From Candidatus Bathyarchaeota archaeon (GTDB lineage: Archaea > Thermoproteota > Bathyarchaeia > Bathyarchaeales > Bathycorpusculaceae): a stretch of 64,000 nt of DNA. A model generated the notes under the pieces. The model ran no database searches. It was not told the DNA's origin and worked only from the letters and a program-made list of their open reading frames with translations. Positions 9,498-21,537 of the stretch are shown in pieces. Within the stretch, counting starts at the first letter, position 1. The number at the start of each line of letters is the position of its first letter. The stretch covers positions 32,001-96,000 of the forward strand of contig CAVYHV010000006.1 in the NCBI GenBank assembly GCA_963768425.1, read 5' to 3'. The position numbers were made by a program, and so were the translations under genes.

Positions 9498-11996
9498 GTG
9501 AATTCGATGCAAGCTTGGCCTAAAGAATACAGTTTTCTCGAAATAGAACGTAAATGGCAGCAGAAATGGGACGAAACAGGCATTTTCCGATTCGACTGGA
9601 ATGACACCAAGCGTGTTCCATTCAGCATAGATACTCCTCCGCCTTACCCATCAGGCGAACTTCACATGGGAAACGTTCTGAACTGGACTTATTTTGATAT
9701 CGTTGCGCGCTATAAGAGGATGCGCGGTTTCAATGTTCTTTTTCCGCAGGGGTGGGATTGCCACGGTTTAGGTATAGAAATTCAAGTTGAAAAGACTAAT
9801 AACATCCGTAAAAGGGACTTGCCGACCGACAAGTTCCGCGACATGTGTATTGCGCTGGTTGAGAAGTACATCGCGATGATGAAGGAAGGCATCCTTAGAT
9901 TGGGTTGCAGCATTGATTGGACAACTGAGTACCGCACCATGGACCCAGACTATTGGCGCCGCACTCAACTCAGCTTCATTCTCCTTCACAAGAAAGGTTT
10001 CATGTATCAGGGAACTCATCCAGTTAATTGGTGTCCACACGACGAAACCGCAATAGCCGACGCTGAGGTCGACTACGTCAAACGAGAAGGCACACTACAT
10101 TACATTCGCTTCCCAATTGCAGGAACGGATAATTTCTTGATGATTGCCACATCCCGTCCGGAGTTCATACCCGCTTGCGTCGCTATCGAGGTGAACCCGA
10201 AAGATGAGCGCTATTGCAAGTACATCGGCAAAACAATCACTGTACCAATCGTAAACCGCGTCGTTACAGTCATCGCAGACGAATGCGTGGATCCAGCTTT
10301 TGGCACAGGTGTGGTTATGATTTGCACATACGGCGATAAAGAAGACGTCAAAACCGTCCTCAAACACAAGCTACCCGTCATCACCCTGCTTACTGAGAAC
10401 GGGCGCATCAACGAAAACGGCGGTAAATACCAGGGCCTATACATGAACCAGGCACGCGCTGCCATCTTCCAAGACTTGACGGCTGCTGGTTTTATTGAGA
10501 AAACCGAGAAAATCAGTCAGGAAGTAGGCGTTTGCGACCGCTGCAAAGCCCAAGTAGAAATCCTTGAGCGCAAGCAGTGGTTCATGGAAACACGCAAACT
10601 CACTGACGCGGTTGAAAAAACAGCTAACGAAATTGAGTGGTACCCTGACTTCATGAAGAACAGGCTTATCGATTGGGCGAAATCGCTTGATTGGGACTGG
10701 GTCATCAGCCGCCAAAGGATCTTTGCAACTCCGATTCCAGTTTGGTTCTGCAAAAAATGCGGGGAACTAATCCTTGCAGATGAGGAGTGGGTGCCTATCG
10801 ACCCCAAGCTTGAAGGTCCACGCATCAGCAGCTGCCCCAAATGCGGTGGAACAGAGTTCGCGCCCGAAACGGATGTTTTCGACACGTGGATGGATTCCTC
10901 AATAACCTGCGCTGTTCATGCGGGTTGGCCAGACCGTGTAGATTGGCATAGACTTTTCCCTGCAAGCATGCATCCCTCTGGCACGGACATCATCAGGACT
11001 TGGGCTTACTACCTCATGGTTAGGCATCTTGCGCTTTTCGACGAAACCCCATTTAAGAGCGTTCTGATAAACGGGATGGTGCTGGGTCAAGACGGCAGAA
11101 AAATGAGCAAATCCCTCAAAAACTACATGGCGGCGCCTGAAGCCCTCAACAAATACGGGGCAGACGCTATTCGCCAATGGGCTGCAGGGGGAGGCGCAAC
11201 TGGCTCTGACATTCCCTACCGCATTCAGGATGTCGAGTACGGAAGAAGGTTTCTGGTTAAGCTGTGGAATGCGTCGGGGTTCGCAAGCAAACTCTTAAGC
11301 GACTACCAACCAGGCAACGAGGCATCGATGGATCTTCAGCTTTTGGACCGCTGGATGATTAGCCAAACTGAAAACGTGATTAAAAGAGTCACTGACGCCT
11401 ACGAGAAATGCCAATTCAACATTGCAGTGGAAGAAATCCGCAACTTCACCTGGCATCTGCTCTGCGATTCCTACTTGGAAGCCGTCAAAGACAGGCTCTA
11501 CCGACCTGAGTTGGCGGGGCAAGCCCAAAAAGTCGCCGCTCAACACGTGCTTCACGAGGTATTGTATCGTGTGCTGCAGCTTCTGTCGCCAGTTGTTCCC
11601 CACTTGACTGAAGAGATTTACCAGTGCATATACGCCGACGAAAAGGGCTACGGCAGCCTCCACGTTTCCCCTTGGCCCCACTGCGACGAGTCAATGGTGG
11701 ATGAGCAAGCGGAAAGGCAAGGCAACATTGTGCTGGGATTAATCAGTGAGGTTAGACGGGAAAAAGCAGAAAAACGCCTGCCGCTAAACATGCCGGTCAA
11801 AGTCTTAACGGTTTACGCTGGCGACCAGTCAGTCGCCGAAGCCATCAAAAGCGAGTTAATTGACATTTGCGGCGCTTGCAAAGTGGAAAACCTCCAAGTT
11901 CTACCTTCCGAAGGCGAGGGTAGAGCGTTGGCTCAATTCCCCACAGTGCACTTCCTCGCGGAATATCGGCCCCCAGTAGCCAGCCAAAAAACCTAA
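9498..11996 (+). CDS. valS: Valine--tRNA ligase (archaeal type)
   Basis: DTPPPYPSGELHMGN (HIGH equivalent), DWVISRQ and KMSKS motifs. Confidence 0.96.
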   Translation: MNSMQAWPKEYSFLEIERKWQQKWDETGIFRFDWNDTKRVPFSIDTPPPYPSGELHMGNVLNWTYFDIVARYKRMRGFNVLFPQGWDCHGLGIEIQVEKTNNIRKRDLPTDKFRDMCIALVEKYIAMMKEGILRLGCSIDWTTEYRTMDPDYWRRTQLSFILLHKKGFMYQGTHPVNWCPHDETAIADAEVDYVKREGTLHYIRFPIAGTDNFLMIATSRPEFIPACVAIEVNPKDERYCKYIGKTITVPIVNRVVTVIADECVDPAFGTGVVMICTYGDKEDVKTVLKHKLPVITLLTENGRINENGGKYQGLYMNQARAAIFQDLTAAGFIEKTEKISQEVGVCDRCKAQVEILERKQWFMETRKLTDAVEKTANEIEWYPDFMKNRLIDWAKSLDWDWVISRQRIFATPIPVWFCKKCGELILADEEWVPIDPKLEGPRISSCPKCGGTEFAPETDVFDTWMDSSITCAVHAGWPDRVDWHRLFPASMHPSGTDIIRTWAYYLMVRHLALFDETPFKSVLINGMVLGQDGRKMSKSLKNYMAAPEALNKYGADAIRQWAAGGGATGSDIPYRIQDVEYGRRFLVKLWNASGFASKLLSDYQPGNEASMDLQLLDRWMISQTENVIKRVTDAYEKCQFNIAVEEIRNFTWHLLCDSYLEAVKDRLYRPELAGQAQKVAAQHVLHEVLYRVLQLLSPVVPHLTEEIYQCIYADEKGYGSLHVSPWPHCDESMVDEQAERQGNIVLGLISEVRREKAEKRLPLNMPVKVLTVYAGDQSVAEAIKSELIDICGACKVENLQVLPSEGEGRALAQFPTVHFLAEYRPPVASQKT

Positions 11997-12037
11997 ACTC
12001 ACGTTATTTTTCCAATATTATTGTTGCTTTTTTCAAT

Positions 12038-12823
12038 TCAGAAGCGAGCTGCTTCCAACTCCCTGAGCATGGCAGCAGGGTCATTTCTGTTTTTTTGGAT
12101 TAGGTCGATGAAGGCGCTTCCGACGATTACTCCGTCTGCTCCCGCCGCAACGATTCGTTTTACATGCTGCGGTTTTGAGACTCCGAAGCCGACTGCCAAA
12201 CAAATCTTTCCCGTAGTGACTGGCAGAACCCGTTTGATTAGCTCTATTGTTGAGTCTTCCACTGTCGTTTTTGCGCCTGTCACGCCGAAGTGGGAAACAA
12301 GGTAAAGAAAACCTGAAGAACACTGAACAATCGCTTTAAGCCGCTCCGGGCTAGTGGAGGGAGCTGCCAAAAAAATCGTGTCTAACCCAAAATATGCCGC
12401 CGCTTTCCTGAAGTCGCCGGATTCTTCAACTGGCAAATCGGGAACAATGATGCCGTCAACCTTGCATTCCTTGGCTAAACGGCAAAACTTCTTAAGTCCC
12501 ATCCTGAACACGGGATTGTAGTAGGTCATTATCACGATTGGTGTGTCGTGGTTTTTTCGTATCTCTTTTGCAATTTGTAGTACTTTTGCTGGTGTTGTGT
12601 CTGCTGACAATGCTCGAATGCTTGCAGCTTGAATTGTCGGTCCATCCGCAATTGGGTCAGAAAACGGCAACCCCAACTCCAAAACGTCTACTCCGCCTCG
12701 GATTAAGGCGTCAGCTATTTGGGCCGTCATCTCTATTGTTGGGTCCCCTGCGGTGACGTAACCGATGAGGGCAGCGTTTCCCTGGGCTTTGGTTTTTTGG
12801 AATGCCTGCTCTATCTTGCTCAT
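12038..12823 (-). CDS. trpA: Tryptophan synthase alpha chain
   Basis: [20 protein letters not shown] and VGFGVS motifs. True start ATG 12823 (MSKIEQ). The last few codons may be frameshifted. Confidence 0.95.
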   Translation of the reverse strand: MSKIEQAFQKTKAQGNAALIGYVTAGDPTIEMTAQIADALIRGGVDVLELGLPFSDPIADGPTIQAASIRALSADTTPAKVLQIAKEIRKNHDTPIVIMTYYNPVFRMGLKKFCRLAKECKVDGIIVPDLPVEESGDFRKAAAYFGLDTIFLAAPSTSPERLKAIVQCSSGFLYLVSHFGVTGAKTTVEDSTIELIKRVLPVTTGKICLAVGFGVSKPQHVKRIVAAGADGVIVGSAFIDLIQKNRNDPAAMLRELEAARF

Positions 12824-14016
12824 ATTTTTGCTCCTATGTAGTCGGCAACTGTTTCGACGTCTTTGTCGCCTCGTCCTGAAAGAGTCACCACGATTGATTG
12901 GGTTTTCTTCATTTTCGGGGCAAGTTTTATGGCGTAGGCTACAGCATGGGATGACTCCAAGGCAGGGAGAATTCCTTCTTCTTTGCAAAGCATTAGGAAT
13001 GCGTCTATTGCTTCTTTGTCTGTAGCTGAAGCATACTTTGCTCTTTTGAGCGTTTTGAGGAAGGAGTGTTCCGGTCCGACGCCTGGATAATCTAAGCCAG
13101 CGGAAACACTGCTTGTGTTCTGGATTTGTCCGTTGACGTCCTGCAGCACGTAGGTTAGCATGCCATGGAAGACTCCTTCGGCTCCTGCGCCCAAAGACGC
13201 CGCGTGCTTGCCCGTTTCTAATCCTTCGCCCGCAGCTTCCACCCCGTAAAGTGAAACGTCTGCGTCGTCTTCGAACGGATAAAACGTGCCTACCGCGTTG
13301 CTTCCGCCGCCCACACAGGCAACCAAAGCGTCTGGAAGGCAGCCTTCTATTTTTTGGAATTGCTCTTTAAGTTCCTTGCCGATGACGCTTTGAAAATCGC
13401 GAACCATCATCGGGTACGGGTGAGGACCAACAACGGAGCCGATCAGGTAGTAGGTGGTTTCCAGGTTTGTTACCCAATCTCGGAAGGCTTCGTTTATCGA
13501 GTCCTTAAGCGTTTTTGAGCCTGTTTCCACAGGGTGCACCTGCGCGTTTAGAAGCTTCATGCGGAAAACGTTCAGGCGCTGCCGTTCACAGTCTTCCGTG
13601 CCCATGTAAACTTCTGCTTTCAAGCCTAACGCAGCGCATGCAATCGCCGTTGCCACGCCATGCTGACCCGCGCCTGTCTCTGCAATCACCCGCGTCTTGC
13701 CCATCCGTTTAGCCAGCAAAGCCTGCCCCAAAGTGTTGTTGATTTTGTGTGCGCCGCCATGGGCGAGGTCTTCGCGTTTAAGATAGATTTTGGCGCCGCC
13801 TATCTTGCGCGTCAGGTTTTCAGCAAAGTAGAGCGGTGTGGGTCGCCCGACGAAATCCGCCAAATAATAATCCAGTTGTTTCTGGAAGGCTGGGTCTTTT
13901 TTTGCTTGCTCATAGGCTTCTTCCAGTTCCTTAATTGCGCCCATCAGGACTTCGGGAACGAATCGTCCGCCATATTTCCCATATTTTCCGTCAACTGGAT
14001 AATCGCTTAACTTCAT
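12820..14016 (-). CDS. trpB: Tryptophan synthase beta chain (TrpB1)
   Basis: [33 protein letters not shown] and SGRGDKD motifs. Confidence 0.97.
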   Translation of the reverse strand: MKLSDYPVDGKYGKYGGRFVPEVLMGAIKELEEAYEQAKKDPAFQKQLDYYLADFVGRPTPLYFAENLTRKIGGAKIYLKREDLAHGGAHKINNTLGQALLAKRMGKTRVIAETGAGQHGVATAIACAALGLKAEVYMGTEDCERQRLNVFRMKLLNAQVHPVETGSKTLKDSINEAFRDWVTNLETTYYLIGSVVGPHPYPMMVRDFQSVIGKELKEQFQKIEGCLPDALVACVGGGSNAVGTFYPFEDDADVSLYGVEAAGEGLETGKHAASLGAGAEGVFHGMLTYVLQDVNGQIQNTSSVSAGLDYPGVGPEHSFLKTLKRAKYASATDKEAIDAFLMLCKEEGILPALESSHAVAYAIKLAPKMKKTQSIVVTLSGRGDKDVETVADYIGAKI

Positions 14017-14796
14017 TTTGCATTCACAAACTCCTTGACTTTTTCTTCAATGTTGCGGCATGACATCATTGCTGAGCCGACCAGAAAAGCCCTGGCGCCG
14101 CTTTCACGGAGGAAAGAGTATGTCAGCAGAAGTTTTAATTCCGCTTTCACTTACCACCAGTTTGCCGTTTGAACCGTTTTTCTCTAAAATCTTTTTGGTC
14201 ACGTTCAAATCCACCTTAAAAGTTGCAAGGTCTCGGTTGTTTATCCCAACCAAATCCGCGTCTGTTTTCACGGCTGACTGAAACTCTGCCTCAGTGTGGG
14301 TTTCAAGCAAAACCTCCAGACCCAGCATGTGCGCTCCGGCAATCATTTCATCAAGGGTTCTGTCGCAGTAGCCGCGGTCAAAAAGCGCCTTAATCAACAG
14401 AACCGCGTTGGCTCCCATTTTATTTGCAGCATAAACCTGCACAGGGCTAAAAATAATGTCTTTCATCAGAATCGGAATCTGGACGGCTTCTCTTGCTGCG
14501 GCTAAAGCTTCCAACGAGCCGTCGAAATGTTTAGGCTCAGTTAAAACCGACAAAGCCACAGCTCCGCCTCTCTGCATTGCCCTCGCAACCTCGCCTGCGT
14601 CAACATTCTTTCTTGATTATGCCTGATGATGGGGAAGCAGCTTTGATTTCCGCTATGACTGGGATTGATTGGCATCTGCAAAATTGCTTTTCGCAAACTC
14701 AGGTGTATGCTTTCGACTGGCTTTGCTTTTTCGTAGTATTCGCTCTTCGATGGTTACTTGGGCGACATGCGCCAACACGTCAAGGTAGTCACTCAT
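14013..14796 (-). CDS. trpC: Indole-3-glycerol phosphate synthase (several frameshifts)
   Basis: Fragments [39 protein letters not shown] and VSESGI lie in different frames. Confidence 0.88.
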
Positions 14797-15851
14797 ATTT
14801 TGCTTCAAACTCCTCAAGTTTAGATAGGCTTCCGCCTGAAGCCCCAATCAACGCTTTAAGTTTGCCGTAGGCTGCGCCGCTCAAGATTGATTCGCGGGCT
14901 AATTCCATGCCGCCCAAGAAGTCATCCGCTTTTCCGCCTAAAACGATTCCCGCCGCACTGTTAACTAGCACAAACTCCATTTTCGGGTCGTCAGTTGCCA
15001 GGTTGCCGCTGAGTATTTTGAAGAATACTTCCAGGCTTTCCTCAGCCGAGGACACCTGCAAATCAGCGACGTTTGCCTGCTTTACCCCAAAGTCGCTTGG
15101 CGAAACCTGTAGCTCCGTGACTTTGCCATCCTTCAACCATGCAACCGCCGTTTTTCCAACCGTTGAAATCTCATCTAAACCGTCCAATCCATGGACAACC
15201 ATGGCTTCCTCGCAGCCCAGGCGACCCAAAGCGTAAGCCATCGGAGCAGTCAGTTTGGAGTCGTAGACGCCGAGCAGTTGAGCGTTTGCGCCTGCGGGAT
15301 TGGTTAAGGGTCCGAGAAGGTTGAATACTGTGCGGATGCCGATTTCCCGTCTGGCTTCAGCCGCGTACTTCATAGCTGGGTGGAATGCTGGAGCAAACAT
15401 GAAACCTATCCCCACCTTCTCTATGAGGTTTTGAACGCTTTGTGGATCCAAGTATAGATTTAAGCCAAGTTTTTCCAGTACGTCGGCGCTTCCGCTTTTG
15501 CTGGTCACCGACCTGTTTCCATGTTTAGCCACTGGGACTCCTGCGCCAGCGATGACAAAGGCAGCTGCCGTGCTTACGTTGAAGGTTTTTATTTTGTCTC
15601 CGCCTGTCCCGCATGTATCTACAAGGCGACCCTTCACAGCGGGGATGGATTTGGCTGCTTTCTTCACGCATCACGGACGCGAAGGCAATGAGTTCTTCAA
15701 TTGCTTCGCCTTTCATCCGCAGAGCGGTTAGGAACGCGGCGGTCTGCGAGTTTGTTGCTTGACCCGACATGACTTCACGCATGATTTCGCCTGACTCAAC
15801 GCTGGTTAAGCTGTTGCCTTCGATGAGTTTCTGTATGCCTTCCCGAATCAC
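14789..15851 (-). CDS. trpD: Anthranilate phosphoribosyltransferase (frameshift ~15660)
   Basis: [12 protein letters not shown], then [23 protein letters not shown] and [13 protein letters not shown]. Confidence 0.93.
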
Positions 15852-16435
15852 AGCCGCCTCGCCTCCAAAAAGTTCTTGATGATGAGTTTGCCGTCTTCGC
15901 ACAGGATAGATTCAGGATGAAATTGCACGCCGTCAATCGGGTACTTTACGTGGCGAACACCCATGATTTCCCCGTCCTCAATGCATTCTGCCGAAATTTC
16001 CAAACATGAGGGCAACGAGCTGCGTTCTCCTGCAAGCGAATGATACCGCGTCGCCGTGAATGGATTTCGGACACCTGCGAAGATGCCTTTTTGGTCATGT
16101 TTTATGATGCAGGTTTTTCCGTGCATGAGCCGTTTGGCATGGACGATTTTTCCGCCGTAAGCATGGATTATTCCTTGATGACCGAGGCAGACTCCAAGAG
16201 TTGGGGTTGTTTGGCTCATGGTTTGCAGGATTTTGGTGCAGACGCCAAAGTACCGTTCGTCTTCGGGTGTGCCTGGACCCGGCGAAATCACGATTCTGTC
16301 AGGTTTAAGCGCCTGTAGTTGCTTCAAGGTTACTTTGTCGTTTCGGTAAACCACGGGGTCCCCGCCCAGTTCGCCGATGTACTGGACAAGGTTGTAAACG
16401 AACGAATCGTAATTGTCGATCACAAGCACTTTCAC
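15848..16435 (-). CDS. trpG: Anthranilate synthase component II (glutamine amidotransferase)
   Basis: IDNYDSF, SPGPG, GVCLGHQ and QFHPES motifs; GTG start at 16435 with GGAGG upstream. Confidence 0.93.
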   Translation of the reverse strand: MKVLVIDNYDSFVYNLVQYIGELGGDPVVYRNDKVTLKQLQALKPDRIVISPGPGTPEDERYFGVCTKILQTMSQTTPTLGVCLGHQGIIHAYGGKIVHAKRLMHGKTCIIKHDQKGIFAGVRNPFTATRYHSLAGERSSLPSCLEISAECIEDGEIMGVRHVKYPIDGVQFHPESILCEDGKLIIKNFLEARRL

Positions 16436-17847
16436 TGTCCCTTCGCCTCCAGCCCTCTCCAGCGCCTGCATCAGCGCTTTCGCTTTATGCTCAGTTTCAA
16501 ACCACTCCTGCTCAGGCACCGAGTCAGCCACGACTCCTCCGCCTGCTTGAATGTAGGCTTGGTTTTTCTGGGCGAAGAGGGTTCGGATGGTTATGGCGAA
16601 ATCCGCGTTTCCGTTGTAGGAGAAGTAGCCTACTGCGCCAGCGTATGGTCCACGCCTAACAGGTTCCAGTTCATCGATGATTTCCATGGCTCGCACTTTG
16701 GGTGCTCCAGAAACCGTTCCCGCTGGAAAAACAGCCCGCAATGCATCGTAGCTTTGAAGATCATCCTTAAGCTGCCCCACCACCCGGGATACAATGTGCT
16801 GCACATGGCTGTACTGGTGAACCTTCATGAACTCAGGAACGTGAACGCTTCCGTACTTGCTGATTCTTCCAACATCGTTGCGCGCCAAATCAACAAGCAT
16901 CACATGTTCGGCGCGTTCTTTGGGATCAGCAAGCAACTCAGCAACCAACCTGCTGTTCTCGTCTGGGTTCTCAGCGACGGGTCGGGTGCCCGCAATTGGG
17001 AACGTTTCAACAGTCCTGTTTTCGACGCGAACGAGCATCTCTGGGCTGGCTCCGACAATTTGGCGGTCGCCTGAACTGTAATAGTACATGTAGGGCGAAG
17101 GGTTAATGGTTCTTAGCGCCTCATAGAAAAGGATTAAGGTTGCCTTTTACTTGGAATTGGAAACGTTTAGATGGAACAACCTGGAAAATGTCGCCTGCCC
17201 GAATATACTGCTTTGGCTTTTTCCACTGCAGTTTCGTAGGTTTCTTTTTTAATGTTTACTTTAGGCTGAGTGTATGATAACTGCTCAGGGTCAATGGGCT
17301 GCTTAAGGAGGCTCTCAACTTCTGGGAGGCGGTTTTCGCCTCGGTAATAGTAGAAGGCTTGTTTTTTCACATGATTGAAAACAAAGCCGTCGTCAAATAT
17401 CCCCATTTCCAAGTCGGGAAAGCCAAGGTCATCCACGCTGTTTTCGGGCAGTTTTTCCCAGTAACGTACTGCGTCATAAGAAATGTAGCCGACTGCTCCG
17501 CCGACAAATCGGAACTCCGTATTTGGAACTGCTTGATCTTTAAGAGGTGCTCTACAGTTTGGAGCGGGTCATTTGTTTTCTCGGTGATGGTTTCGCCTGT
17601 TTCTTCGTTTTTGACTTGGGCTTTGCCGTTTTTGGTTTGGATGGTTATTTTTGGGTCGAACCCGATGAAGGAGTATTGTGCGAGTTTTTTTGGTCCTTCG
17701 ATTGACTCTAAAAGATAGGTGGTTTGGTATTGTTTTTGGAGTTTTGAGAATATTTCGAGGGGTTGTTGTTTTAGGGTGATTTTTTTGATTTTTAGGGGGT
17801 TAGCTGGTTTGGTTTTTGTCGTTGTTGTGCCAAAGGCGATTCCCCAT
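16432..17847 (-). CDS. trpE: Anthranilate synthase component I (frameshifted)
   Basis: [50 protein letters not shown] and GTVSGAPK motifs across frames. Confidence 0.92.
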
Positions 17848-17906
17848 TTTTGTTAGTTCTCCGTATGGTTCAGAAGCATACTTCAATGTATTATTTAAGG
17901 CTTATC

Positions 17907-17922
17907 TGCACAAAACTGTACA
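17907..17922. promoter_or_regulatory. Putative TRP-box pair TGCACA-N4-TGTACA upstream of the trp operon
   Basis: Matches the archaeal TrpY TGTACA box arrangement; lies next to a minus-strand TATA-like CTTAAATA (~17892-17899). Confidence 0.5.
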
Positions 17923-18251
17923 TTATAGCTTAGGCTTAAGAACAACACTCATCCAATCCAAATAAGCCTTCGACCCTTCAACAATCGGAAGCGCCAAAAC
18001 CTCAGGAACCTCATAACTATGCAGACCCTTAACTTGCTCCGCAACCTCCGCAAACAAGTCCCTACGCGACTTCATAACAATCAAGCATTCCTCAGCCTTC
18101 TCAATATTGCCAACCCAATGAAAAAACGATGTAACTGGATTAACAATGTTTGCGCAGGCGATTAAACGTTCTCCTTAACAAGCAACTGCGAAATTTTTTC
18201 CGCTTCTTGCTTATCCTTCGCCGTAACCAATATGACGATGTAATCGTTCAT
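17923..18251 (-). CDS. cutA: Divalent-cation tolerance protein CutA (frameshifted)
   Basis: Manual translation: MNDYIVILVTAKDKQEAEKIS...RLIACANIV...SFFHW...LHSYEVPEVLALPIVEGSKAYLDW. Confidence 0.88.
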
Positions 18252-18382
18252 GCTTCTCACCAATGTAAAGTTGGTTTTTACCCATAAAAAGTTGTATGTG
18301 CCAAAACTCTGCCTAGGTCTGCCGAATGAAACTTGTAAGAATATTTGATAACTGTTAATAATTAGAAGAAATGAGAATGAAA

Positions 18383-18517
18383 TTAGTTAGTTATCGGGTA
18401 CAAAGTTGCTAGTGGAGATATTGAAATCTTCAGTTCGTCTTGTTTGAGTGTTTTCGGTTTTTTTGTTGTGATTCTTGTTTCTGTGTCCTCATGAATTTGG
18501 GCTGGTAAATTGCACAT
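18383..18517 (-). CDS. Candidate 44-aa small protein
   Basis: AGGAGG 7 nt before ATG 18517 and a TATA-like element at ~18580; no recognisable family. Confidence 0.35.
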   Translation of the reverse strand: MCNLPAQIHEDTETRITTKKPKTLKQDELKISISPLATLYPITN

Positions 18518-18676
18518 GGTTTTGCCTCCTTTTTCTTGTTTATCAAGAACATCGGCGTTTTTAGGGGTACCCAGCATATTCTATATAGGGCTAATTTTTT
18601 ATTGATACTTGACGCTGTTTCTTTCTATTTGTTGGGATTAGAATTTAAATTTCCGTTGAAATATTCTCAAGTAGGG

Positions 18677-19208
18677 ATGCTCTTGAAAGAAGAACAGTTT
18701 AAGGTTTTAAAAACTCTGGGTGAAGCCACAAGCCGCATGGATTTAGCTGTTTGCTCAAAAAGTTAACTTAACCACGGACCAAACAATTCATCAAATCCAA
18801 GAACTAGCCAAAGAAGGGTTTCTGCAAAAAGTCGGAAGCGGCGGCTACGGCATAACACAAAAAGGAAAAGCAGCCCTCAAAGTCTTCACGACTGTTCCGA
18901 AAGAGATGGGTTTTCACTTTTACTACGGCGTCGATCAACCTTCAGAGTTTACCGCTGAATCACTTGAACAGTTCTACCGAGATTATCAAGCAAATCAGTG
19001 TCGAATCCGTTGAATTTCACCTTTACCGCGGCGACTTTGGGAACTGGTTAACGGAAGTCTTCAAAGACCCAGAGTTCAATGGCGAATTAGACCGCGTCAA
19101 GACCGCGGGTTGAAGGGCGAGGAGCTTAGAGCGGAACTTTTGAAGGCGCTTGACGCAAAATACGGCTTAGAGAGTTTATTTAATCTGGGTTTCATTGGTT
19201 TAGTTTAA
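18677..19208 (+). CDS. Winged-helix plus DUF5752-like protein (frameshifted)
   Basis: MLLKEEQFKVLKTL...ELAKEGFLQK...YGITQKGK (wHTH), then FHFYYGVDQP...SVEFHLYRGDFGNWL. Confidence 0.7.
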
Positions 19209-19646
19209 TCCACCATTCGGGAACCCGTGTGTTTTTTCCGCATATCCCAAGTGTCGAAGGGTTTGATATCCAAGACTGGTGTGCCGTCGTAGGCGTCTAA
19301 GACCGCGAACTGTCAAAGTGTTGCCTTCAACTTTTAGCAGTTCGACAAGTGTTAAGCCAATGGGGTTAGGTCGCTGGTTGGTTCTAAGTGCGAAGACTCC
19401 TAGCAGAGGCATATCCATTCTTCCTCTTGGATGAAACTTCAAAGCCCGATGTCTGGTTGACTACTTCGTTGAGCCAAAAAAGCACAAACACATGCGAAAA
19501 ACCTTCGATGCCCATCCAAAGCTTCGACTAACTCTGTCTTAAGAACAATTCTTGAAGTTCTCGATTTGTCTTTGACTTCATTGCCAACTGCGTCGGTTTT
19601 AACGTAGCCGATCGGAGCTTAAAGTGATTTTTTCGTCAGAAGACAT
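19192..19646 (-). CDS. tsaA: tRNA m6t6A37 methyltransferase TrmO/TsaA family (frameshifted)
   Basis: PIGYVK, GFSHVFVLFW, GVFALRTNQRPNPIGL and DAYDGTPVLDIKP motifs. Confidence 0.85.
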
Positions 19647-19807
19647 CGTCACTACACTCAACCTTTCAGTGAGTTGGAAAGTTATATAAGCATTCAATTT
19701 TGGATAATGCCTGTTACTGATTTCTTCAGCGGATACTGGAGTTTAGCTATGAACTTATTCGTATGCAGTTCACAACACTATTATTTCTTCTTTGAGAAAC
19801 ATTTGTT

Positions 19808-20486
19808 ATGTTGCGTATTGGTCACAGGGGCGCTCGGGCTTACGCGCCTGAAAACACCTTGCGAGTTTTAAGAAAGCAATAGAAATCGGCGTAGACGCAA
19901 TCGAGCTAGATGTTAGAAAAACCAAAGACAACCAACTTGTCGTCATCCATGATGACGATGTTAAACGGACAACAAACGGCGAAGGCTTAGTCTGCGAACT
20001 CACGCTCAAAGAAATCAAAAGTTTTTCCGCTGAAGGCGGCGAGAAGATTCCGACATTGGAGGAAGCGCTGGATTTTTTGGATAAGAAAGTCAAGGTGTTT
20101 GTGGAGCTGAAGGAAGAAGGCATTGAAAAACAAGTGCTCTCGGCTAGTGCATGAGAAGGGACTTGGAGAAGAACGTGGTAATCACTTCTTTCTTGAGGAT
20201 GCACTCAAAAAAGTCAGAGAATTGAATGACAAAGTTGAGACGGGATTGATTTATGCGAAGCACAAGAACCCGCTTAAGGCTGCGTTGGAGTTGAAAGCGA
20301 ATTATCTTTTGCTCTCTACAGGTTCATGCATACAGCTAACGTTGAGAAAGCGCATGAGAACGGCTTAAAAGTGGTAGTTTGGACCATAAACAACCCAGAG
20401 GAAGTCGAAGAGTACACCAAGAAAGGCGTGGACGGCATAGCAAGCGACAAACCAGACATACTCATGAAAGCCAAACCCAAACCTAA
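19808..20486 (+). CDS. Glycerophosphodiester phosphodiesterase (frameshifted)
   Basis: IGHRGARAYAPENT, IELDVRKTKD, HDDDVKRTT, IPTLEEAL, VWTIN and GVDGIASDKP motifs. Confidence 0.9.
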
Positions 20487-21410
20487 TGCATAAGGATCGG
20501 CGCTTTCAGAACCCGCTCAATCTTTTCCGTTTCAACCCGGCTCTCATCATTCAGCGGCGTCAACTGTATTTCAGCGGCTGACTTAACTCCTAAACCCAGC
20601 TCCGCCGCCCGCTTAAGTTGGTCCTGCTCGAAAACGTCTGCTTCGCCGACTTTGCCTTTTGCACCATACATTTTGAGAATCGCTACTCCCACGGCGTCGA
20701 TGGCTACTCGGTCGCGGCTTGCAAGCAAAAGCTTCGGCTCAACCAACGTTCCCTTTTCGGGTCCGCCCGTCACGAAGGCTTTTATTCCATCCATCAAAAC
20801 AAAATCCAAGTTGTAGCTGCAGTTTATTTCCGCAATCATTTGGCGCTGGTATGGTGAACCATGCAGTTCCCACATGTAATCGTACATTCCGCCTGGAACC
20901 TTCTTCGCCACCAAACCAACGGAGTTTTTCAGTGAAAGCGTAAAGTGCCCGCCGAACCTGTGCGTTTTTAGACAGCATGTTTGCACAACCTTTGTCAGCG
21001 TCATGGAAGACTTTAGCCATGTAAAATCCCTTAAGCCAATGTGTGCCGTCTTTTTCAACTTTCATCCAATCTTCCTTGCCAACGTCATCTAAAACAACCG
21101 CTTTGAAACCCAATTCCTTCGCGAGCGCTAAAACACCCATTTCCTCAAGAACCTGCTCCGTGTCGCCCATGCCGCTGCGTTCAGCTAAAGTTATATCGCT
21201 TGCCCCAGCGTCCTTCAAGCTCTGCACAAGGGCTCTTAGCGTGTCAATGTGGGTTGATGCTGGAAACGGGTCAGCACTGTTATAGTTAGCCTTCAAAGCA
21301 CCTGTTTTCCCAGAGTAGTCGCCTAAATCAAACTTTTCAAGCAGCACAGGAATGCCCGTTGCCCGATCCGTCGTTTTCAAAACAAAAACTTCGCCCAAAG
21401 AATCCGCCAT
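20483..21410 (-). CDS. DUF362 domain protein (frameshift ~20990)
   Basis: LKANYNS, AERSG, CLKTHRFGGHFTLSLKNSVG, MDG and DRVAIDA motifs. Confidence 0.85.
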
Positions 21411-21537
21411 AAGAACACTCCATAAAAACATAAAAGTGCAACGAAGTTATTAGTTTTTGATTGCATCAAGTTGCAGTCACAACAGCACCGCAAGCTCTAT
21501 ATTATCCAATGAAACTTTTTTCAAAAGCAAACCATGC

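Noticed and set aside
16425-16460. Apparent TrpE-TrpG fusion (ORF 15848-17089)
   Set aside because: The junction has GGAGG followed by CAGTGA. Removing one G from a GGG run gives a standard GTGA stop/start overlap like the rest of the operon, and the region is full of indels.
17800-17847. Trp-containing 15-aa ORF (MGNRLWH...) at the trpE start resembling an attenuator leader
   Set aside because: The trpE frame has no other start, and one extra G in GGGG explains the ORF. It has a single Trp codon and no terminator/antiterminator was seen.
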